Position numbers and translations under genes: made by a program. 21,355 bases of DNA, from IMG/VR virus record IMGVR_UViG_2541047698_000017, positions 1 to 21,355 of that record, one strand, 5' to 3'. The DNA comes from a virus. Lineage: Duplodnaviria; Heunggongvirae; Uroviricota; Caudoviricetes. This document shows positions 1-8,511 of the stretch, in pieces; position 1 is the first letter of the stretch; each line of letters starts with the position of its first letter. Under the pieces are notes generated by a model. The model was not told the DNA's origin. It was given only the letters and a program-made list of their open reading frames with translations, and did not search any database.

Positions 1-381
1 ATGCTGGGAGCGGTGGAACGCCGCTTCGGCAACGATCTTCCGTCGTCTCCAGTGGAGTGGCTGACGGATAATGGTTCATGCTACCGGGCTAATGAAACAC
101 GCCAGTTCGCCCGGATGTTGGGACTTGAACCGAAGAACACGGCGGTGCGGAGTCCGGAGAGTAACGGAATAGCAGAGAGCTTCGTGAAAACGATAAAGCG
201 TGACTACATCAGTATCATGCCCAAACCAGACGGGTTAACGGCAGCAAAGAACCTTGCAGAGGCGTTCGAGCATTATAACGAATGGCATCCGCATAGTGCG
301 CTGGGTTATCGCTCGCCACGGGAATATCTGCGGCAGCGGGCTTGTAATGGGTTAAGTGATAACAGATGTCTGGAAATATAG
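1..381 (+). CDS. insD: IS2-like transposase OrfB (InsD-type, DDE integrase domain), C-terminal fragment; 5' end lies outside the window
   Basis: The translation ...[34 protein letters not shown] is typical of the IS3-family OrfB C-terminus, with TAG stop at 379-381. Confidence 0.75.
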
Positions 382-392
382 GGGCAAATCCA
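1..392 (+). mobile_element. 3' end of an IS2-like (IS3 family) insertion sequence, partial; right terminal inverted repeat ends at about 392
   Basis: Transposase C-terminus is followed by a terminus (about 350-392, gggttaagtgataacagatgtctggaaatataggggcaaatcca) matching my recollection of the IS2 right inverted repeat. P2-type coding sequence (gene S) begins directly at 393. Confidence 0.7.
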
Positions 393-818
393 CTCTTCAA
401 TCATCTGCACATCCTCACCGGTAAAGCCGAGCAGAGGACGCGCCGGATAATCAATTTTCTTACCGTCTTTCCGGGTTTCTTCCGACAGACCGAACTGATG
501 CACACTGGCGATTTTCGGCGACTTCCCGCCGTAAAATTCCATTGATGCCTGTTCCGGGCTGGCGCGGATATGCAAAAAACGACTGGTGATAAGTTTCGCA
601 AACATTTTTCGCTTAACACGACCGGTCTTTTTTCTGGCGCTCTGCTGCTGGCGTGGCGCATAGGGTGTGCCATCCGGGGCTTTCTGTGCCATCACCCGAC
701 GCTGCTGACTCTGCCGCAGACGTTTCGCCAGTTCGGCGCTCAGTCGCCGACGCCCTGACGGTGACAGCGACTCAGTCAGTCCGGTCAGCCGGTCTTCAAA
801 ACGCTTAAACTCATTCAT
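393..818 (-). pseudogene. S: P2 gpS-like tail completion protein, 3'-truncated by the IS2 insertion
   Basis: ATG at 818 overlaps the R stop. The first 142 codons read as P2-type S (MNEFKRFEDRLTGLTE...FTGEDVQMIEE); from codon 143 the frame runs into IS2 sequence and ends at 306 with IS-derived residues. Confidence 0.75.
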
Positions 819-1278
819 CCCACTTGCTCACCAGTTCGCCATTGATATAAAGCTCCATCGGGCGGGTGGCCGGCTCCGGCGGCGTGGGTTCCGGGATATT
901 CTTCACATGCAGCGCGCCGTCCACCTCACTGACCAGCGTGCGCTCGGTCAGCATCAGGCTGATGCTGATATCAAAGCTGCTGTCATTGTTGATGTCTGCA
1001 TAAAACGTGAAACCTTTTTTCTGACCTTCGTCGGTGGTCATGATGTCGGGCTGATTTTCCCGCAGCCACGCCAGCACCGGCACGATGAGCAGGTCAAAAT
1101 CACCGGTAAAGTCGGTCACAATCACATTGAGCGTGTAACGCTTTTCGAATGACAACGACGTCGCCAGCGTGGAGGCAATACTCCCGTTATCCACGAATAT
1201 CCGCAACATCTCGGGACTGGTTTTCAGCACCGTGACGGCATCAGTCAGCGCCCTGCGCAGGCTGTCGGGTTTGAGCAT
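811..1278 (-). CDS. R: P2 gpR-like tail completion protein (155 aa)
   Basis: Length and sequence (MLKPDSLRRALTDAVTVLKTSPEMLRIFVDNGS...) match P2 R; sits between lysC and S as in P2. Confidence 0.88.
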   Translation of the reverse strand: MLKPDSLRRALTDAVTVLKTSPEMLRIFVDNGSIASTLATSLSFEKRYTLNVIVTDFTGDFDLLIVPVLAWLRENQPDIMTTDEGQKKGFTFYADINNDSSFDISISLMLTERTLVSEVDGALHVKNIPEPTPPEPATRPMELYINGELVSKWDE

Positions 1279-1531
1279 CGTTTTCGTCCTGACAGTGTTT
1301 AATCATTTTTACCTGGCTGGCACAGCGTGCCAGCGCGTTCTCAAGCTGCCGGATATCGGCACTTAAATCACCGTTCGTCTGCGGGTCACTGCCCGGCATC
1401 GGGCAAAGGCTCACTTTCGGGCAGGCGTTGTGGACAATCACTGGCGTCGGTGCAGGCGGGGCGCTGGTGCAACCGGCGCACAGCATCAGGCAGGTCAGCG
1501 CCGTACCAGCGGCGAAAATCTTCGTTTTCAT
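1241..1531 (-). CDS. lysC: LysC, Rz1-like outer-membrane spanin lipoprotein (96 aa), embedded out of frame in lysB
   Basis: Internal ATG at 1531 with GAGG about 8 nt upstream; N-terminus MKTKIFAAGTALTCLMLCAGC is a signal peptide with a lipobox Cys, followed by a Pro-rich region. It starts inside lysB and extends past its stop, as in P2. Confidence 0.8.
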   Translation of the reverse strand: MKTKIFAAGTALTCLMLCAGCTSAPPAPTPVIVHNACPKVSLCPMPGSDPQTNGDLSADIRQLENALARCASQVKMIKHCQDENDAQTRQPAQGAD

Positions 1532-1811
1532 TAAGTAACCTCGTGATGGTTTTCTCGCGCTGTGCTTCACGCTTCGCGGCGTTCTCCAGTTCCTGACGCA
1601 GTGCCACCTGCGCCAGCTCGTTTTTGTCTGCCCTGGTGAGGGCAACATGAAGCTGATTTTTCAGCATGGTGATGGTCGTCTGCTGTTCACTGGCGACGTT
1701 GTTCACCCTGTCCAGCGAGGCGCGCAGGCTGGCGTTTTCATGCTTCGCCAGAAACAGCCCCGCCACCGCCAGCGATAACAACACAACCATCACAATCATC
1801 AGCTTTGACAT
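1386..1811 (-). CDS. lysB: LysB, Rz-like inner-membrane spanin (141 aa)
   Basis: N-terminal transmembrane segment then coiled-coil-like charged region; size and position match P2 lysB. Confidence 0.85.
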   Translation of the reverse strand: MSKLMIVMVVLLSLAVAGLFLAKHENASLRASLDRVNNVASEQQTTITMLKNQLHVALTRADKNELAQVALRQELENAAKREAQREKTITRLLNENEDFRRWYGADLPDAVRRLHQRPACTDASDCPQRLPESEPLPDAGQ

Positions 1812-2224
1812 GGTTCCCGCCCCTCAAGACGTTGACGGCAGGCCGTACGTATCAGCCGGAAGAACACCGACGCCACGAGATAAATCAGCGCGGTAAAAAT
1901 CCACCCGGCAGCGACCAGCGAGATAAATGTCGCCACCATCACCACCAGAGCCGCCGCCCGTCTGCACCACGGCACTGGCTGCAAAAACAGCGACATGACA
2001 ATCTTCACGGCCAGCGACTCCGGCGGCAGCTCCCGCCCGTAGCGTTCCAGCACATACTCAGTGGCATAAACGCCGACACCACCGGCAACCACACAGATAA
2101 CCGTCGCCAGAATCGCCCAGGCAGCGACAAAACTGACGGCCACGCTCTGCGGGTAAATCAGGGACAGTGCCAGCATCAGCGCCAGCGACACGTTCAGCAT
2201 CAGTGAAAGGGATAATTTCTTCAT
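1799..2224 (-). CDS. lysA: LysA, multi-pass membrane lysis-timing protein (141 aa)
   Basis: Strongly hydrophobic with several predicted transmembrane segments; size and position downstream of K match P2 lysA. Confidence 0.85.
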   Translation of the reverse strand: MKKLSLSLMLNVSLALMLALSLIYPQSVAVSFVAAWAILATVICVVAGGVGVYATEYVLERYGRELPPESLAVKIVMSLFLQPVPWCRRAAALVVMVATFISLVAAGWIFTALIYLVASVFFRLIRTACRQRLEGREPCQS

Positions 2225-2238
2225 GGTGTTTACTCCGT

Positions 2239-2736
2239 TTAAGCCGGTACGCCGCCAGCGGTACGCCAGACGGTGACCAGTTTTTCCAGTGAATGCTCAC
2301 GCTGACCGTAACCGGCACCCGGCAGGGACGCCCAGATATTGCGACAGCGTGAAATGGCGCGCTCAATACGTCCCGCCCGGATGTCATCCAGTGCACCGCG
2401 TTCGCGGATCAACTGAATGGCGAGTCTGTCCTGTGACAACGGACTGAAATCCGGCAGGGCAAGCTGTTTGCGGTAATGCGGCCAGAACAGGTAAAGCTGC
2501 TGATAGCGACCGGAGGCCGTTGATTTTTCACCGCGACGGTTAAACACCTTCGCCGGTCGGCCATGTGCGAACGGGTGGTCACTGTAGTCGGTGAAAATTT
2601 CCGGCTTTCCGTCCAGTCCGGTGACTATCACGTCATAGCCCCGGTTTTTCGTCAGCGGATGATTCGCCGTCCCTTCGGACACGGCCAGCATGTCGAGAAA
2701 GGCGGCGATATTCTGATGCGTGTTAATTACCGGCAT
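2239..2736 (-). CDS. K: P2 gpK-like endolysin (165 aa)
   Basis: MPVINTHQNIAAFLDMLAVSEGT... is endolysin-like; 165 aa as in P2 K. Its ATG at 2734-2736 overlaps the Y stop (TAATG). Confidence 0.88.
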   Translation of the reverse strand: MPVINTHQNIAAFLDMLAVSEGTANHPLTKNRGYDVIVTGLDGKPEIFTDYSDHPFAHGRPAKVFNRRGEKSTASGRYQQLYLFWPHYRKQLALPDFSPLSQDRLAIQLIRERGALDDIRAGRIERAISRCRNIWASLPGAGYGQREHSLEKLVTVWRTAGGVPA

Positions 2737-3017
2737 TACTGTTTCCCCCTGCCCTTAAAGCGGCGCTGAATGGCAATCTCAATCACCTGATAACCGGCGA
2801 TACCCAGCATGGAGCCGATGCCGCACACCGCAGGCAGTGACAGGTCAGGGAACTGCACCAGAACAACACCGGCAACCATCGAGACAAAACCACCGAGCAA
2901 CATGCGCCCGATAAACAGACGCGGGGTAATGGGTTCACCACCGGCAAGCACCTTGCCGACAACAATCAGCACCCCAATCATGAAAAGCGACAGGACGCTT
3001 TTTTCTTCTGCTGTCAT
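2736..3017 (-). CDS. Y: P2 gpY-like holin (93 aa)
   Basis: Small protein with hydrophobic transmembrane segments and a charged C-terminus (RRFKGRGKQ); position between X and K. Confidence 0.88.
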   Translation of the reverse strand: MTAEEKSVLSLFMIGVLIVVGKVLAGGEPITPRLFIGRMLLGGFVSMVAGVVLVQFPDLSLPAVCGIGSMLGIAGYQVIEIAIQRRFKGRGKQ

Positions 3018-3020
3018 GTG

Positions 3021-3224
3021 TTACTCCCACAGATTGACAGTTTCAGCCACGGGCGCGGTCTGAACGTCGGGCAGTTCGACGGCGGTGCCGTGCGGCAGCA
3101 CCGCACCCAGTTCAGCCAGTCCCGGATTTGCGGCGAGCACGGCCTCGACCACGCCCTCAGTGCGCCCGTAATACCGGACACAAATGGCGTCGAGCGTGTC
3201 GCCCTGTAGCGCAAAGGTCTTCAT
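3021..3224 (-). CDS. X: P2 gpX-like small tail protein (67 aa)
   Basis: Internal ATG at 3222-3224 gives MKTFALQGDTLDAICVRYYGRTEG..., 67 aa as in P2 X. The start overlaps the L stop (TGATG); the track's 90-aa version is an upstream extension. Confidence 0.85.
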   Translation of the reverse strand: MKTFALQGDTLDAICVRYYGRTEGVVEAVLAANPGLAELGAVLPHGTAVELPDVQTAPVAETVNLWE

Positions 3225-3733
3225 CAGATTTGACTCACGATGCAGCGTGGCTTGTCCTGGATACGCGCCACCGCCCAGCGCATATCCCGCCACAGTTCAT
3301 CAATGGTGCTGTCAATGCTGTCGGCCTTCTTGTCGCCTTTCGCACTGGCATCCACACCGCGATAACGTTCATAAAGCGACGCGGTCGCCATCGCACACAC
3401 GGCGCGCTCGTAATAAAAAACTTTGATGCTTTCACCGTCGATGTCGTCCGCCGGGACGTCCACCAGACGCGTAAAACCGGCAGCAATTTTCTGTTCGCGG
3501 TACTCGTACAGCTCCGCATTCGTTTCAGCCATGCCTGACTTGATGGCCTCTCGCAGACGGGCGGGGGCGACGGTCTGCTCAAGGCGCATACGTTCCCGGA
3601 CGCGCTTCGGGTCGATATCGGGAAAAAAGAACGTGTTTTTAATCACCGGCTCGTCGCCTGCCGGTTGCGGGATGACCACCGTACCCTCACCGGACACGGG
3701 AGCCTCCTTTCGCGGAATAATCAGCGTCATCAT
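3224..3733 (-). CDS. L: P2 gpL-like head completion protein (169 aa)
   Basis: ATG at 3733 (MMTLIIPRKEAPVSGEG...) with GAGG about 6 nt upstream; 169 aa as in P2 L. Confidence 0.88.
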   Translation of the reverse strand: MMTLIIPRKEAPVSGEGTVVIPQPAGDEPVIKNTFFFPDIDPKRVRERMRLEQTVAPARLREAIKSGMAETNAELYEYREQKIAAGFTRLVDVPADDIDGESIKVFYYERAVCAMATASLYERYRGVDASAKGDKKADSIDSTIDELWRDMRWAVARIQDKPRCIVSQI

Positions 3734-3832
3734 GACTACCTCTGAAAAGTCGGGCGGTGGACGCCGGTGCAGTGTCAGGTGATTCACCCTCACTGACCGG
3801 CGTGCCGCCCTGGCGCGGGGCGCATTCGGTTG

Positions 3833-4576
3833 TTAACTGGCTTTCTTTTTCGGGCGTCCACGTTTTGCCGGTGTCGCACTCCGGGTCTTACGCGGGGCGC
3901 GGGTGGCCGCTTTTGGCTGTGGCTCCGGCTTCGGTTTCAGTTCCCGCTCCAGTCGTTCAATCTCTTTTTTGACGCCTGCCTGACAGTCGAGCTGTGTCGC
4001 ACGTTGCAGGTGCGCCAGCGCCCCTGCGGCATCACCAGCGTCACGCAGAAACAGACCGGTGATTTTGTGCAGCTTTGCGCGCACTTCATCAGGCATGTCA
4101 GCCGTGGCGGTCAGTTCAAGGGTGTCCGTCAGCAGGCGGGTATCCACAGACTCACCGGCAGCGTGAGCGCGCATGGCCGCAAGCGCCACCTCCTCGGTGA
4201 ACATGTACGGCGGGGTGCGGCGGTGTTTACCCGGCATGGTCAGACCGTACTTCAGGGCATAACGGGCAATCTCCAGCGCACCGGCAATATCGCCGGTATC
4301 CAGACGCCACAGCATGACCGTCATCAGAATGTCATCCTGTGCACCTTTGCCCTGCTCCAGCACGCCGTTCACCCACGGCAACCAGAACGGCAGCAGTTCG
4401 CGTTTTTTCGCGGCCTTCAGCTCTTTTGAATAAATCGCTTTCAGTGTGCGCTGGTCTGCGGCCAGCTTGACCAGCATCTGCTCATAGACAGTTGCATGTC
4501 GCAGCGGGGCGGCTTCCCGCTGCGCGGTCATCGCTGCCGAGACCCGCATCATGTGGCGCTGTGCGGGACTCGTCAT
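3833..4576 (-). CDS. M: P2 gpM-like terminase small (endonuclease) subunit (247 aa)
   Basis: Size and position directly downstream of N; basic Lys/Arg-rich C-terminal tail; synteny with P2 M. Confidence 0.88.
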   Translation of the reverse strand: MTSPAQRHMMRVSAAMTAQREAAPLRHATVYEQMLVKLAADQRTLKAIYSKELKAAKKRELLPFWLPWVNGVLEQGKGAQDDILMTVMLWRLDTGDIAGALEIARYALKYGLTMPGKHRRTPPYMFTEEVALAAMRAHAAGESVDTRLLTDTLELTATADMPDEVRAKLHKITGLFLRDAGDAAGALAHLQRATQLDCQAGVKKEIERLERELKPKPEPQPKAATRAPRKTRSATPAKRGRPKKKAS

Positions 4577-4579
4577 CGG

Positions 4580-5653
4580 TTACGCTCCCGGCTCTGCGGT
4601 CGCTTTAGCCGGTGTGGAGAAATCACCGACCTTAATTTTTTCCACCAGACAACCGGCGGCGTAGTCCTCCACCACGTAATCAATGTTCATTGACTCGTAG
4701 TTCTCCACGCGGTCGAGTTTCGGGTTTTCCTCAATCACGCGGCGATGGCTGTCATCCATGTAGTAGATGGACAGGTTTTCCAGCTTCGTGATGAGCATCG
4801 CATCCGCCGGGAAGTACGGGACGCGTACCGCTGGCAGGTTGCCGATGCGTTTCTGGCTGATGATGACGTCAGCGGCCAGCATTTCGCTGTTGTCCTGCTC
4901 CTTGTTAACGATGGGGAAATACTTGTCCGCCAGTAACTGACGTCCCACTATCACCACAAGGTCAGGGTCTTCCTGATACCACGGTTCGATCAGGTTGTTG
5001 GTCGCATCCATCACCAGTGCATCAAGGCTGGCATAATCACCGCCCTTACCCACGCGGATGACCTCAGAGGTCGTGTGACCTTCCTCGTCAGTGACCTTGC
5101 TCATCACGCGCGCCGGTGCTTCATTGCGGTATTTCTGCAGCCAGCCGACCGCCACATCCTGCAACATCGGATTGCTGCTGCGGTCAGAGGTTTCGGCACG
5201 CTTCACGCCGTTAAAACCGGCCATGATGAAATCAAGGGACTGGCGTTTGATAATGGCGTTACGGACACGGAGCTGGAAATCCTGATAACGCGCCCACAGG
5301 TCAAGCGTTTTGTAGCGGATATAAAAATCGAAGTTAATCTGGTCGCATTCGTACTTGTTTGACGCCAGCTTCGAGAAGTCCTTCGGCTGACGCTCGGTGC
5401 CACCGGCGGTGTCGGTGGTGCTGGCGATGGAGCCGGTGACACCGATGCCAATTTTTTCCCCTTTCATTTCGCTGACCGGCACAATGTTGATGCGGGTCAG
5501 AAAGTCAGAGGACTCCTGCATGGTGTTCATCAGGGTCTGGGTGACCGACGGTTCAACGGTGAATTTTTTCGACACATCACCGGCGTCGATGCCGTTCAGT
5601 TCGGCAACACGGGACAGGTAGGCATTAAATTTAAAGCGGGTTTCCTGGCGCAT
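4580..5653 (-). CDS. N: P2 gpN-like major capsid protein (357 aa)
   Basis: 357 aa; MRQETRFKFNAYLSRVAELNGIDAGDVSKKFTVEPSV... recognised as P2-family major capsid protein; lies between O and M. Confidence 0.92.
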   Translation of the reverse strand: MRQETRFKFNAYLSRVAELNGIDAGDVSKKFTVEPSVTQTLMNTMQESSDFLTRINIVPVSEMKGEKIGIGVTGSIASTTDTAGGTERQPKDFSKLASNKYECDQINFDFYIRYKTLDLWARYQDFQLRVRNAIIKRQSLDFIMAGFNGVKRAETSDRSSNPMLQDVAVGWLQKYRNEAPARVMSKVTDEEGHTTSEVIRVGKGGDYASLDALVMDATNNLIEPWYQEDPDLVVIVGRQLLADKYFPIVNKEQDNSEMLAADVIISQKRIGNLPAVRVPYFPADAMLITKLENLSIYYMDDSHRRVIEENPKLDRVENYESMNIDYVVEDYAAGCLVEKIKVGDFSTPAKATAEPGA

Positions 5654-5710
5654 AGTTTTTCCTGAAATTAAGGGTTAATCGTGAAGGTTTTCCCGGATGA
5701 CTGATGCCGG

Positions 5711-6565
5711 TCAGCAGTTCGTCATCAGGGCGTCACCGCCACCGCCGGTGGCCTTGCTGCGGCGCTGCTGGGTCAGACTTTCGGTGTGGTCGAGACTGTT
5801 TTTCAGGCGGGTGAATGCCTGGCTGGTTTCATCCGCCCTGTCAGTCACCTCCTGCTTAAGTGCGGAAAAGGCGGTTTCCATCTCCGCGAGGCGCTGCTCA
5901 GTGGCGCTCAGTTTTTCCTGCACATGTTCAGCAACAGCGGTCACCGCTTCATGCACGTCATTCAGACGGGCATCATCGCTGGCCTGTTTGCGGCCAAAAA
6001 TGGACTTCACCTTTTCGGTCAGGGCGGTGAACACGGTTTCAGGCAGGTCTTCAAATTCCAGCTCAACAGGCGTTGCCACTGAAATCAGGTTTTCAGGGCT
6101 TAATTTGAAGCGGTTCAGAGGGTTGTGTTTTGCCGTGCGGCAGAATTCCAGGTATTCCGTGCCGAGGCTTGCCGGGTCATCGGTGACGGCCAGCCCCACC
6201 AGATAACATTTGCCGGTGTTGGCAAAGTTCGGCTGAATTTCCATTGAGGTGTAGACCTTCTGCGCGGCCTTGTTCATCGCGATAAGGTCATTGGTCGGGG
6301 TGATTTTCGCAAACAGCGCCCATTTGCCTTTCAGCGCCGAATCATCGTCAATCTTTTCGGCCTTCAGTTCGGCCACATCGCCATAACGTTTAAAAATGCC
6401 GTCAGGCAGGATGCCGCGCAGATGTTCCAGGTTAATGCGGCAACCATAGACACGCGGGTCAAAGGTTTCGGCCATTTCCTGAATATCCTGCGCACTGATG
6501 ACACGCCCGTCACAGGTGTCACCCTCAACGCCGATACGAAAGAATTTTGAGACTTTTTTTGCCAT
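5711..6565 (-). CDS. O: P2 gpO-like capsid scaffolding protein/protease (284 aa)
   Basis: Internal ATG at 6565 (MAKKVSKFFRIGVEGDTCDGR...) gives 284 aa as in P2 O; the track's 306-aa form is a 5' extension. Confidence 0.9.
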   Translation of the reverse strand: MAKKVSKFFRIGVEGDTCDGRVISAQDIQEMAETFDPRVYGCRINLEHLRGILPDGIFKRYGDVAELKAEKIDDDSALKGKWALFAKITPTNDLIAMNKAAQKVYTSMEIQPNFANTGKCYLVGLAVTDDPASLGTEYLEFCRTAKHNPLNRFKLSPENLISVATPVELEFEDLPETVFTALTEKVKSIFGRKQASDDARLNDVHEAVTAVAEHVQEKLSATEQRLAEMETAFSALKQEVTDRADETSQAFTRLKNSLDHTESLTQQRRSKATGGGGDALMTNC

Positions 6566-6738
6566 TGTCAGGAGTCCTGAATAGTGATTAGAGGAGTCAC
6601 ATGTCGGCATCAGTTTCCCGACGATGCGCATCCTCCGCCATCAGTCCCGGATGGCTTATCACTGACACAACAGCACCTTAGCGAATCGCAGGGCGCGACT
6701 CAGTAGCCTTGCCGTGTATTCATCACGGCGAGGTATTC
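6566..6738. promoter_or_regulatory. Divergent O/P intergenic region, expected site of P2-type late promoters
   Basis: By P2 synteny the divergent late promoters for O and P lie here. I did not find a canonical TGT-N12-ACA activator site by eye, so this is positional only. Confidence 0.35.
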
Positions 6739-8511
6739 ATGACCATCACCACAGACACCACTCTTTTACACGACCCGCGTCGTCAGGCGGCGCTGCTGTA
6801 CTGGCAGGGGTTTTCCGTGCCGCAGATTGCCGCCATGTTGCAGATGAAACGCCCGACGGTGCAGAGCTGGAAACAGCGCGACGGCTGGGACAGCGTTGCC
6901 CCCATCAGCCGTGTCGAAATGAGTCTGGAAGCGCGACTGACCCAGCTCATCATCAAACCGCAGAAAACCGGTGGTGACTTCAAGGAAATTGACCTGCTCG
7001 GACGCCAGATTGAACGACTGGCACGGATAAACCGCTACAGTCAGACCGGCAACGAGGCAGACCTTAATCCGAACGTCGCTAACCGCAACAAAGGCGGGCG
7101 TCGCAAACCGAAAAAGAATTTTTTCAGTGACGAGGCCATCGAAAAGCTGGAGCAGATTTTCTTTGAGCAGTCTTTCGACTATCAGTTGCACTGGTATCGC
7201 GCCGGGCTTGAGCACCGCATCCGCGATATCCTGAAATCCCGCCAGATTGGCGCAACGTTTTATTTTTCCCGCGAGGCGCTGCTGCGCGCCCTGAAAACCG
7301 GCCATAACCAGATTTTTCTGTCGGCCAGTAAAACGCAGGCGTATGTATTCCGTGAATACATCATCGCCTTTGCCCGTCTGGTTGACGTTGACCTGACCGG
7401 TGACCCGATTGTCCTGGGCAATAACGGCGCAAAACTGATTTTTCTCGGCACAAACTCCAACACCGCGCAGAGCCATAACGGCGACCTGTACGTCGATGAG
7501 ATTTTCTGGATCCCGAATTTTCAGGTACTGCGTAAGGTGGCATCAGGTATGGCCTCACAGAGTCACCTGCGCTCGACCTATTTCTCCACCCCGTCCACGC
7601 TGGCGCACGACGCCTACCCGTTCTGGTCAGGTGAACTGTTCAACCGGGGACGCGCCAGCGCCGCCGAACGTGTGGAAATCGACGTCAGTCATAACGCCCT
7701 TGCCGGTGGGCTTCTCTGTGCGGACGGCCAGTGGCGGCAGATTGTCACCATTGAGGATGCCCTGAAAGGCGGCTGCACGCTGTTCGACATTGAGCAGCTC
7801 AAACGCGAAAACAGCGCCGACGATTTTAAAAACCTGTTCATGTGTGAATTTGTTGACGACAAGGCATCGGTGTTCCCGTTCGAGGAGCTGCAACGCTGCA
7901 TGGTCGACACGCTGGAAGAATGGGAAGACTATGCGCCGTTTGCCGCCAATCCGTTCGGCTCCCGCCCGGTATGGATTGGTTACGACCCGTCACACCGTGG
8001 CGACAGCGCCGGATGCGTGGTACTGGCACCGCCGGTGGTGGCCGGTGGCAAATTCAGAATACTTGAGCGTCACCAGTGGAAAGGCATGGACTTTGCCACC
8101 CAAGCTGAATCCATCCGCAAACTCACCGAAAAATACAACGTCGAATACATCGGTATTGATGCCACCGGCCTCGGTGTCGGCGTGTTCCAGCTCGTGCGCT
8201 CGTTCTATCCCGCCGCGCGTGATATCCGCTACACGCCGGAAATGAAAACCGCAATGGTGCTCAAGGCAAAAGACGTTATCCGCCGTGGCTGTCTGGAATA
8301 TGACGTCAGCGCCACCGACATCACCAGCTCGTTTATGGCTATCCGCAAGACCATGACCAGCAGCGGACGCAGCGCCACCTATGAAGCCAGCCGCAGCGAG
8401 GAAGCCAGCCACGCCGACCTCGCCTGGGCGACCATGCACGCCCTGTTAAATGAGCCACTCACCGCCGGTATCAGCACCCCGCTGACATCCACCATTCTGG
8501 AGTTTTACTGA
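6739..8511 (+). CDS. P: P2 gpP-like terminase large (ATPase) subunit (590 aa)
   Basis: ATG at 6739 (MTITTDTTLLHDPRRQAALLYWQGFSVPQIAAM...) with GAGG about 6 nt upstream gives 590 aa; the track start at 6709 is a TTG extension. Its stop overlaps the Q start (TGATG). Confidence 0.92.
   Translation: MTITTDTTLLHDPRRQAALLYWQGFSVPQIAAMLQMKRPTVQSWKQRDGWDSVAPISRVEMSLEARLTQLIIKPQKTGGDFKEIDLLGRQIERLARINRYSQTGNEADLNPNVANRNKGGRRKPKKNFFSDEAIEKLEQIFFEQSFDYQLHWYRAGLEHRIRDILKSRQIGATFYFSREALLRALKTGHNQIFLSASKTQAYVFREYIIAFARLVDVDLTGDPIVLGNNGAKLIFLGTNSNTAQSHNGDLYVDEIFWIPNFQVLRKVASGMASQSHLRSTYFSTPSTLAHDAYPFWSGELFNRGRASAAERVEIDVSHNALAGGLLCADGQWRQIVTIEDALKGGCTLFDIEQLKRENSADDFKNLFMCEFVDDKASVFPFEELQRCMVDTLEEWEDYAPFAANPFGSRPVWIGYDPSHRGDSAGCVVLAPPVVAGGKFRILERHQWKGMDFATQAESIRKLTEKYNVEYIGIDATGLGVGVFQLVRSFYPAARDIRYTPEMKTAMVLKAKDVIRRGCLEYDVSATDITSSFMAIRKTMTSSGRSATYEASRSEEASHADLAWATMHALLNEPLTAGISTPLTSTILEFY

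Noticed and set aside
907-1152. 81-aa plus-strand ORF antisense to R
   Set aside because: Lies entirely inside the well-supported R gene on the opposite strand, with no ribosome binding site or recognisable product; typical antisense ORF of GC-rich coding DNA.
1805-2206. 133-aa plus-strand ORF, very Arg/His/Gln-rich, antisense to lysA
   Set aside because: Low-complexity translation of the reverse strand of a membrane-protein gene; no start context; shadow ORF.
6709-6738. Longer N-terminal extensions offered by the ORF track for P (6709), and likewise for O (6631), A (15912), B (17452), orf80 (16915), orf81 (16661), orf78 (17637), L (3793), X (3293), C (17949) and yegS (20288)
   Set aside because: These extensions begin at TTG/GTG or lack a Shine-Dalgarno sequence, whereas internal ATG codons have good ribosome binding sites, give P2-like protein lengths and form stop-start overlaps with the upstream gene.
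6766-7476. 236-aa minus-strand ORF inside the terminase gene P
   Set aside because: Antisense to the strongly supported P coding frame; no homology signal or start context.
7790-8245. 151-aa plus-strand ORF in an alternative frame of P
   Set aside because: Overlaps P in another frame, Ser/Arg-rich low-complexity translation; not supported.
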